The notes: generated by a model not told the origin, from the letters alone. Shown: positions 16,701 through 23,987, numbered from the stretch's first letter. The stretch: DNA of 24,000 nt from an uncultured Desulfovibrionaceae bacterium (GCA_964593925.1 CAZQKM010000019.1:19081-43080), one strand, 5' to 3'. Numbers and translations are program-made.

Positions 16701-17114
16701 ATGTCGAGCCCACACCACCCCCAGGATATCACAGAAAAAATATATAGCATCATTGTAGACATACTGGATATTTCACCAAATGTACTGACCCCACAGACCT
16801 ATGTCATGCGTGAGCTTGATACAGAATCCATTGATCTTCTGGAGTATGGTGTAGCGTTAAACGCCACATTTGGTATCCCCGTACATGACGACACCGTGTT
16901 TCTTCGCTCACTGCGAACACATCTGCTTGAAGCTCAGCATACCGAAATTTCTGCAGAAGCCTATCTAGCCACATGGTACCCCCACCTGAGTGCCACACGC
17001 ATTGTAGAGATCATACATACAGTGGACCAAGGCCCCGTACTACGCATACAGGATATTACAGACTATGTCCGCCATACCCTGAACAAACAGGAACAAAGCG
17101 GACATGTCAGTTGA
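16701..17114 (+). CDS. Atypical acyl carrier protein (137 aa)
   Basis: AGGAGA lies 7 nt upstream of ATG 16701. ITEKIYSIIVDILDISPNVLTPQTYVMRELDTESIDLLEYGVALNATFGIPVHDD aligns to ACP helix I through helix II, with Ser43 (tcc, 16827-16829) at the phosphopantetheine position (D-S-L-D becomes E-S-I-D). It has about 55-60 residues more than canonical ACPs. Confidence 0.75.
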   Translation: MSSPHHPQDITEKIYSIIVDILDISPNVLTPQTYVMRELDTESIDLLEYGVALNATFGIPVHDDTVFLRSLRTHLLEAQHTEISAEAYLATWYPHLSATRIVEIIHTVDQGPVLRIQDITDYVRHTLNKQEQSGHVS

Positions 17115-18468
17115 ATTGCATCGTGTGGTTATTACCGGGGCAGGGGCCATTACGCCACAGGGTAACACCCCCCAAGCTGTAGTCGATGCCTTCAGAAGCG
17201 GATACACGGCCTTTGAGCCTGCACCGCTCTTACCCGGTGTAGCACAAGCCCCTGCCTGGTTTGATGTAAACAGTGAGCTTTGCTCTTGGCGACACCGTCG
17301 CTATCTGAATCGAGGTGCGGCCATGTGTGTAGCCGCCGCACTGCAAGCCGCACGGCACGCAAAAGCTACAGAATTTCCTCCGCGCTGTGGCCTGTTCATC
17401 GGTTGCGGCCCCAACCTTGAACCTTACAGTCATGCCGCTCCTGAAGCAGACAGTACTTGCAGCAATTCCGGGCCTTCCGCCCTGTGGATCCTGCGATATC
17501 TACCCAATACAGCCGCATCGGCCATAAGCCGACTTTTGGGTATCCATGGCGAAAACCTGACATTGGGAACAGCCTGTACCGCCTCACTACAGGCACTAGG
17601 CGAAGCCTTTCGGCGTATCCGTCGAGGCGAGATGCCCATGGCTCTGGCAGGCGGTGGAGACTCACGCCTGTCGCGCCAAGGCTTGCTGGCCTATGCCCAG
17701 GCTGGAGCACTGGCTCCTTGTGCCCCTGCCCCAGCAAAAGAAACGGAACAGGGGCAGCACATGAGCACACCTTTTTTTACCACCGTCCATATACAGCAGC
17801 TACCCGCTGCACCACTGGCCTGCCGCCCTTTTGATCTTTCGCGTCAGGGTTTTGTAGCCGGTGAGGGAGCAGGCATGTATGTACTGGAGTCTCTGGACCA
17901 CGCTCTTACACGTGGAGCTCGCCCACTGGCAGAAATACTCGGATACGGAGCTTCCATGGACGGGCATGCCATGACCGCACCGGATCCTTATGGAACCCAC
18001 GCCGAAACCGCGGTGCGTACCGCACTAGAAGAGGCGGACATCCACCCTGAAGACATTGCTGCCATATGCGCACACGGCACCGGAACCTCGCGCAACGATG
18101 AAGCTGAAGCCAGCATGCTTCAAAGGCTATTTGCCGACACAACATACAGACCTCCGGTTCTGGCTCTTAAATCATGGACCGGACACTGTGCTTCTGCCTG
18201 CGGTGCGGTGGAGCTGGCCTTGCTGCTAGCCTGTTCCCGTAACGGCTTCTTACCCCCGATACGCAACCTGCGCAACCCGCTTACCCCTGCGCTGGCACTG
18301 ATGCGCCATGTCCAACCATTTATTCCCGCAGATCCTCCTGTCACGGACCACATACCAGCACCGCCACACACCCCCTCAACCATTCTGTTAGAAAATTTCG
18401 GATTTGGAGGCCAAAATGCCGCACTTGTTGTTCGTCCTTTCAGCCCTTGCAAATCAGACGGAGTCTAG
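17104..18468 (+). CDS. Beta-ketoacyl-ACP synthase, FabF/FabB (KAS I/II, Cys-His-His) type
   Basis: ATG 17104 overlaps the ACP gene end by 11 nt. Motifs are HRVVITGAGAITPQG, active-site GTAC(158)TAS (TGT 17575-17577), RPFD, CAH(324)GTGT, K(356)SWTGH(361)CASACG and ENFGFGGQNAALVV. 454 aa. Confidence 0.9.
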   Translation: MSVELHRVVITGAGAITPQGNTPQAVVDAFRSGYTAFEPAPLLPGVAQAPAWFDVNSELCSWRHRRYLNRGAAMCVAAALQAARHAKATEFPPRCGLFIGCGPNLEPYSHAAPEADSTCSNSGPSALWILRYLPNTAASAISRLLGIHGENLTLGTACTASLQALGEAFRRIRRGEMPMALAGGGDSRLSRQGLLAYAQAGALAPCAPAPAKETEQGQHMSTPFFTTVHIQQLPAAPLACRPFDLSRQGFVAGEGAGMYVLESLDHALTRGARPLAEILGYGASMDGHAMTAPDPYGTHAETAVRTALEEADIHPEDIAAICAHGTGTSRNDEAEASMLQRLFADTTYRPPVLALKSWTGHCASACGAVELALLLACSRNGFLPPIRNLRNPLTPALALMRHVQPFIPADPPVTDHIPAPPHTPSTILLENFGFGGQNAALVVRPFSPCKSDGV

Positions 18469-18472
18469 TTAG

Positions 18473-18982
18473 ATGCATCTCGCTCCTTTAAGTGTACATA
18501 GCGGACTTCCCGCCAACCCTAAGGGCAGCATACATCCACGCTTTGTACTGCCCCGCAGCCTAGATGCCCCTACGGCAAATACTCTTTCCGGCTTTCTGTC
18601 CTCTTGGCATGGCAATACTCCACTCTGGTATGTAACTGAGGCTCTTGCTCAACTTGCAACACTCCATACCCGCTGGCTTTGCGATTTTGCCTGCCATGGC
18701 TTTTTACTGTCTATCCGCAGCCTGCCGACAACGCCCTCCATACATCCTGCGGTTTCCGCAAAAAATGAAAAAGAAAAAGCATACCACATACATGCCGAAC
18801 TGCTTGCCCAAAGTGGCGCTGGGCATACCAAAACCTTTGAGTACAAAGTGTCACTTGAACTCCCCACACACCCCGTACAGGGCGTCCTGCGTACCGCTAC
18901 CCGCCCTTATGACCAGACATTTTCGGCCACCCTACTACAGACTCGCTACCAAAGGCTGTTTACATGGCTCCAACAGCATTAA
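18473..18982 (+). CDS. Hypothetical protein, probable degenerate FabZ-like hotdog (Glu motif present, canonical His position = Leu)
   Basis: ATG 18473 lies 4 nt after the KAS stop, and the 3' end overlaps bioF by 19 nt. SIHPRFVLPRSLD resembles the FabZ N-terminal LPHRFPFLLVDRV. NTPLWYVTEALAQLATL aligns to PxxPGVLxxEAMAQ, with Glu56 (gag, 18638-18640) at the catalytic Glu position. Similarity is weak and judged by eye only. Confidence 0.5.
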   Translation: MHLAPLSVHSGLPANPKGSIHPRFVLPRSLDAPTANTLSGFLSSWHGNTPLWYVTEALAQLATLHTRWLCDFACHGFLLSIRSLPTTPSIHPAVSAKNEKEKAYHIHAELLAQSGAGHTKTFEYKVSLELPTHPVQGVLRTATRPYDQTFSATLLQTRYQRLFTWLQQH

Positions 18983-20124
18983 ACGCACACCTTGAAACAC
19001 TACGTCATGCGAGCTGCCATCGTACCCGACCAGAGATCTCGGCACGGCAGGGAAAATGGATCGAACTGGACGGCACCCGTTTATTGAATTTTGCCTCCAA
19101 TGATTACTTGGGGCTGGCTGCATGCCCACAATGGCACGCCACTGTAGCCCAGTGCTTTGCCACCCACGCACCCTGCGCCTCTGCTTCTCCTCTTGCTGGC
19201 GGGCACTCCTCTGTGGTTCAAAAGGCGGAACAGACTCTTGCCACCTACTTCGGCTATGATGAAGCTCTGCTCATGCCCAGCGGATATCAGGCAAACATTG
19301 CGGTATTGTGGGTAATGAGCATGGCCCATGGGCGGATACTCTATGACAAACGCATCCATGCCAGCACGGCCATGGCCATACGCGGTAGCAGCGCCATCCC
19401 CCATGGTTTTATCCATAATGACATGAGCGCACTAGAGCGCAGGCTACGTCATATCGTATACAAACATACACACTGCACTGGTGATGCCGTTTTTGTGGAA
19501 TCATTATATAGTATGGATGGTGACAGCCCGAACTTTAGCGCCCTTGGCAAGCTCAAGGAGCGTTATGGCTATACTCTCGTTGTTGATGAAGCCCACGCCC
19601 TAGGGGTGCTGGGGCCGGGTGGGCGGGGGCTGGGCGCTGGCACTGCGGATATCGCCGTGGGCACTCTTGGTAAGGCTCTTGGCCTGTTCGGCGCATTCAT
19701 CCTGCTACCAAAAGGGTGGAGCGAATTTTTCCAAAACCTGGCTTCACCGTTTATACACTCCACAGCGTTGCCCGACGCACATGCAGCCTGCGTGACCTAC
19801 CTGCCAAAACAACTGGCAAGCATGGATACACAACGGGCGCACCTAGCTGCCATGAGTAGCCTGCTACATGAAAAACTGCACCATGCGGGCCTGCCTACAC
19901 AAGGTCGTGAGCACATTGTCGTGGTCCCCATAGGCGCTGAACAACGGGCTACTGCTGTGGCAGAGGCATTACGACACCAAAGCATCTTTGCCCTAGCAGC
20001 ACGCCCCCCCACAACCCCCAGGGGCAAATCCGTTGTACGCCTTGGTGTGACTGCGCTGCATACCCCCCATGACATTGAGATCTGCGCACAAGCGCTTATT
20101 CGCAGTATCCGGAGTATACCATGA
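18964..20124 (+). CDS. bioF: 8-amino-7-oxononanoate synthase
   Basis: Motifs are LLNFASNDYLGLA, VVDEAHALGVLGPGGRG and GTLGKALG (PLP lysine). 386 aa. The N-terminus is collinear with E. coli BioF. Confidence 0.9.
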   Translation: MAPTALNAHLETLRHASCHRTRPEISARQGKWIELDGTRLLNFASNDYLGLAACPQWHATVAQCFATHAPCASASPLAGGHSSVVQKAEQTLATYFGYDEALLMPSGYQANIAVLWVMSMAHGRILYDKRIHASTAMAIRGSSAIPHGFIHNDMSALERRLRHIVYKHTHCTGDAVFVESLYSMDGDSPNFSALGKLKERYGYTLVVDEAHALGVLGPGGRGLGAGTADIAVGTLGKALGLFGAFILLPKGWSEFFQNLASPFIHSTALPDAHAACVTYLPKQLASMDTQRAHLAAMSSLLHEKLHHAGLPTQGREHIVVVPIGAEQRATAVAEALRHQSIFALAARPPTTPRGKSVVRLGVTALHTPHDIEICAQALIRSIRSIP

Positions 20125-20831
20125 AAAAACATACCTTGTTGCCCGAAGACCTTTTTGTCACCGGAACCGACACTGACGTGGGCAAAACCACAGTCAGCCT
20201 GTTACTGTTACGCGCATGGCGCGAATACGGTCATGAAGCCCGCTATTTCAAACCGGTACAGACGGGTTGCGCACATCCGGATGATGCCATGGGCGATGCC
20301 CACTTTATCCACAGCCACAATCCGCAATGCACACAGACTTCTCACACGTCCACCGGACTGTGCTTCACAGCCCCCAAAGCCCCACTTTATGCTGCGCGCG
20401 ATCAAAAGCACACCATAGAACTGAAAACGCTTCTGCACAGACTGGCATGCCTGCGCCAACCCCATAGCCCCTTAGTTGTAGAAGGCTCTGGAGGGCTCAT
20501 GGTACCACTCAATGAACAAAATACCATGGCAGATTTCATCAAAGCCACAGGGATGCGCACCATACTGATAGCCCGCACCGGCCTTGGCACCATCAACCAC
20601 ACGCTCCTTTCGCTGGAAGCCCTCAAGGTTCGCAATGTGAACGTGGCAGGCATCCTGTTTGTAGAAACAGAGCGCATCCCTCCAGCCCAATCCATGGTTC
20701 AAGAAAACATGGAAGCCATCGCCACGTTTTCAGGTACACGTGTCAGTGGAGTCATTCCGTACATTGCCGATTTTCAAACTCCGCCAGCCCAGGCTCAGTA
20801 CACTGTACAACAGATACTGGAGGCGCTGTAA
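20121..20831 (+). CDS. bioD: Dethiobiotin synthetase
   Basis: ATGA overlap with the bioF stop, and GGAG upstream. P-loop LFVTGTDTDVGKTTVS. 236 aa. Confidence 0.9.
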   Translation: MKKHTLLPEDLFVTGTDTDVGKTTVSLLLLRAWREYGHEARYFKPVQTGCAHPDDAMGDAHFIHSHNPQCTQTSHTSTGLCFTAPKAPLYAARDQKHTIELKTLLHRLACLRQPHSPLVVEGSGGLMVPLNEQNTMADFIKATGMRTILIARTGLGTINHTLLSLEALKVRNVNVAGILFVETERIPPAQSMVQENMEAIATFSGTRVSGVIPYIADFQTPPAQAQYTVQQILEAL

Positions 20832-20846
20832 CACCGACTCTGTACG

Positions 20847-22109
20847 TCAGCTCAGTTCGGGAAAACAGGCAAGTACGTCTTCAATGCGGTCACGCCGGCG
20901 AATAAGCCTGTGCGAGCCTTGCATGTCCACAAGTACCTCTGCGGGGCGCAGCCGCTGGGTATACCCCGAACTCATGGAAAACCCGTATGCACCAGCATCA
21001 AGCATGGCCAAGACATCACCTTCGCGCATTTCAGGCAAAGCACATTCTTTAACCATGATATCACCCGACTCACAAATATTACCCACCACGGTCTGAGGCA
21101 TGGTCTGCTCCACGGGAGCGCCGCCATGACGGTGGATCTCCACATCATGATACGCATCATACAGCATCGGACGCTGCAAGGTGTTAAACCCAAGATCAGT
21201 CCCTACAAAGCGGCGTGTGCCATTATCTTTCACGGCATGGACTGTGCCCAACAAGACACCACACTCCGCAGCCACATACCTACCGGGCTCCACCATAAAA
21301 CGACCGCCATACCCTGTACGCTTAGCCCACTGGCTAATACTCTCATGCAGTTGGGCACCCATATCTCCCATGTCAAGACGGGGTTGGCCCTCGTATTTTC
21401 TGTACGGAATGCCAAACCCACCCCCAAAATCGATAAGCTCCACAGAGGGCCACTGCTCTGCCTCTCGTAACAAGAAAGACACGGCCTCCATGTAGCTAGA
21501 CGGATCCATAAACAATGAGCCAATGTGCTGATTCAAGCCCACAAGCGTCAGATCATGGCGCGCCAAGATAGCGCGCACGGCATCGCCATCATCCGCCCCA
21601 ATGCCAAATTTGGTATCCTCACCCGCAGTGATAACCTTTGCATGATGACCTGCGCCAATACCAGGGTTGATACGAATCATGGCCCTACCACCAGGATTCA
21701 CACGCCCTAAAAGATCCAGCTGAGACAAAGAGTCCACGCTGATAAGTACACCGTGCTCCACGGCATTACGTATCTCCTCTGCGGAAACATTATTGCACAC
21801 ATATGTGATTTCATCAGTGGCAAACCCTGCGGCAATGTGCACGGCAAGCTCACCAGGTGACATGGCATCTACAGCCAAACCTTCAGAACGGATAATGCGC
21901 AGCAATGACAGGTTGGCATTAGATTTTGCTGAGTAACTTACACAAAATCCAGGATGTGAGGAAAGCCCCTTTAACTCGCGGCAACGCTCACGCAATATTC
22001 TTTCACTATAGACATACAAAGGGCTACCATATATTTCTACCAGTTCCATGGGCGTTGAAGAGGCAAAAAATTTCTGTGCATCTGTTACTACTGAACGAAC
22101 ATTTTTCAT
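20847..22109 (-). CDS. lysA: Diaminopimelate decarboxylase
   Basis: ORF 20847..22151(-). Preferred start is ATG 22109 (MKNVRSVV...), preceded by GGGGAAAAG. Motifs are YGSPLYVYSE, YSAKSNANLSLL (PLP lysine), GGGFGIPY and NICESGD. It is a fold-type III PLP decarboxylase of LysA length. A related decarboxylase of the same family cannot be fully excluded. Confidence 0.8.
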   Translation of the reverse strand: MKNVRSVVTDAQKFFASSTPMELVEIYGSPLYVYSERILRERCRELKGLSSHPGFCVSYSAKSNANLSLLRIIRSEGLAVDAMSPGELAVHIAAGFATDEITYVCNNVSAEEIRNAVEHGVLISVDSLSQLDLLGRVNPGGRAMIRINPGIGAGHHAKVITAGEDTKFGIGADDGDAVRAILARHDLTLVGLNQHIGSLFMDPSSYMEAVSFLLREAEQWPSVELIDFGGGFGIPYRKYEGQPRLDMGDMGAQLHESISQWAKRTGYGGRFMVEPGRYVAAECGVLLGTVHAVKDNGTRRFVGTDLGFNTLQRPMLYDAYHDVEIHRHGGAPVEQTMPQTVVGNICESGDIMVKECALPEMREGDVLAMLDAGAYGFSMSSGYTQRLRPAEVLVDMQGSHRLIRRRDRIEDVLACFPELS

Positions 22110-22644
22110 CTTTTCCCCATTAGAAGCGCATATCTTTTTACAAAAAAACAAAATCTTGCAAAATATTACGCAACTCCATCAATCATAAAATTTTCTCAGA
22201 AATACACAATACAAAAAAATAATTTTACAAATATATCAGGCAATAGTGCATGCAATATTCATAAAATGACAACCACAAAAAACATGAAAACAACGTGATA
22301 CAAGAATCTATGTGCAAAAAAATCTTGAAATACCTACAATAATACATCTACATAAAAAGACGCATACCAGCATGCATGAGACAGGCAACATATAGCAGCA
22401 GTCCATGCTATATATTTAATAATATTTTTGAAAAACATACACCTACGTACTACTATCCCTACGAATTTGCCCTGTCAATGCATCTTTAGCCCCTCGACAT
22501 CCAGCCTCTCCTTTCACTCCAGACAGGCCCACCGAATGCCCTGCCTTTACCTTCCTCCATGTTTTATCTAACATTTGTATCACAGGCCATAACTGCCTTT
22601 TGACGTCTCCTTCTCTGTTTCCCTCTACAGCTGCCGGAGAAAAC

Positions 22645-23859
22645 ATGACATCCCCCTCTCTTTCAGACACCATTGCAAAGTTGGCTCGCTCAACCGTTGC
22701 CGACTTCACAAAATTCCGCCACGACCTACACTGCATCCCCGAACCTAGCCAAGGCGAAGAAAAAACAGCAAGATACATTGCGGAGCGCCTGTGTGAAATG
22801 GGCATACCGTATGCCACGGATATTGCCGGACACGGCGTCTGCGCCCTCATTGACTCGGGTATCCCAGGCCCTACAGTCATGCTACGTGCTGACATGGATG
22901 CTTTACCCATTACAGAGCAAAGCGGGATACCCTGCTCTTCACAACATGATGGATTCATGCACGCGTGTGGCCACGACTGCCATATGGCCATGATTTTGGG
23001 CACAGCGCATATTTTGCGTAAACTTGTCCGTGAACCACAACGATATCGCCTACGGGGAAGTGTCAAATTACTCTTTCAGCCTGCCGAAGAGTATCCCGGC
23101 GGTGCAAAACCCATGATTGACGCAGGGGTCATGGAGCAGCCACATGTGGACTACTGCCTTGGGGCCCATATCTGGCCCGACCTTCCCCAAGGAACCGTGG
23201 CAATATCCCCCGGGCCTGTCATGGCGGCCGTGGACCGTTTTGATATTACCATCCACGGAAAAGGCGGCCATGCAGCAAAGCCCCACCAGTGCGTGGATGC
23301 GCTGGAGGTTGGAACACAGGTTGTCGGTGCCATGCAGCGCATTATCAGCCGCAAGGTTGACCCCCTGCAACCTGCCCTGCTCACCGTGGGCGAATTTCAC
23401 GCAGGTAGCGCATTCAACATCATCCCCGGAGAAGCCCATATCAGCGGAACCCTGCGTACCCTTGATCCGGGCACCCGCCATGGATGGGAACCGTTACTAA
23501 GGCAGGTAACAAACGGTATATGCACCTCCATGGGTGCGAGAAGTACACTTCTTTTCCGTCCCGGATACCCCCCCGTGGTAAATGACGGATATGTTTCCAC
23601 TCTAGTGGCTCAAACCGCTCGAAACGTGCTAGGAAAAGAGTCAGTTCTCCCGCAGGAACAAAGCATGGCCGGCGAAGATATGGCCTATTTTCTGCACCGT
23701 GCTCCTGGGTGTTTTTTCTTTTTGGGTAGCGGGTTTAAAAGCTGCGCCCCCCTCCATAATCCGCACTTCTTTGTCCATGATGTTGTCATGCTTCCTGGCG
23801 TGGAAATCTTTTGTAAAGCCGTTGTGGCCCTACTTTGCAAAGACGTCTGTGCCACCTGA
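22645..23859 (+). CDS. M20D-family amidohydrolase (N-acyl-L-amino acid amidohydrolase / hippurate hydrolase-like)
   Basis: ORF 22600..23859(+). Preferred start is ATG 22645, after GGAGAAAAC. Motifs are FRHDLHCIPEPSQGEEKTARYI, MHACGHDCHMAMILG, LLFQPAEE and GGHAAKPH. Confidence 0.85.
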   Translation: MTSPSLSDTIAKLARSTVADFTKFRHDLHCIPEPSQGEEKTARYIAERLCEMGIPYATDIAGHGVCALIDSGIPGPTVMLRADMDALPITEQSGIPCSSQHDGFMHACGHDCHMAMILGTAHILRKLVREPQRYRLRGSVKLLFQPAEEYPGGAKPMIDAGVMEQPHVDYCLGAHIWPDLPQGTVAISPGPVMAAVDRFDITIHGKGGHAAKPHQCVDALEVGTQVVGAMQRIISRKVDPLQPALLTVGEFHAGSAFNIIPGEAHISGTLRTLDPGTRHGWEPLLRQVTNGICTSMGARSTLLFRPGYPPVVNDGYVSTLVAQTARNVLGKESVLPQEQSMAGEDMAYFLHRAPGCFFFLGSGFKSCAPLHNPHFFVHDVVMLPGVEIFCKAVVALLCKDVCAT

Positions 23860-23987
23860 GTCATACTCTTCTTGCCTCTGACATATGTAAAACAGTCTAT
23901 GAAATCGAAAAGAACTTTGACTTTCCAGCCCGAGCAGGCCATGATAGAAAATCATAGTATCAAATTTGTATTCGAAAGGAGTTTTTC

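Noticed and set aside
20832-20846. Only 15 bp separate the convergent bioD and lysA stops, with no terminator hairpin. I also considered lysA adjacency as a hint of a BioZ-like link between lysine catabolism and biotin.
   Set aside because: Tight convergent packing is common, and termination may occur inside the opposing genes. LysA is biosynthetic, not catabolic. It is on the opposite strand, so it is not part of the bio transcription unit.
22266-22298. Mini-ORF ATG ACA ACC ACA AAA AAC ATG AAA ACA ACG TGA (MTTTKNMKTT), which resembles a Thr-rich attenuator leader peptide
   Set aside because: The region is so A/C-rich that ACA, ACC and AAA codons arise by chance. There is no SD and no downstream alternative terminator/antiterminator hairpins. 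The next gene is about 350 nt away and is unrelated to threonine metabolism.
22110-22300. Possible lysine (L-box) riboswitch or sigma-54 promoter upstream of lysA
   Set aside because: The minus-strand leader is T-rich with no G/C-rich helices and no conserved L-box core. The TGG...TTGC spacings do not fit the -24/-12 geometry.
22443-23066. 207-aa ORF on the minus strand
   Set aside because: It is antisense to the 5' part of the M20D amidohydrolase, which carries clear family motifs. Its composition is Arg/Cys/Ser-rich, and it starts inside the other gene.
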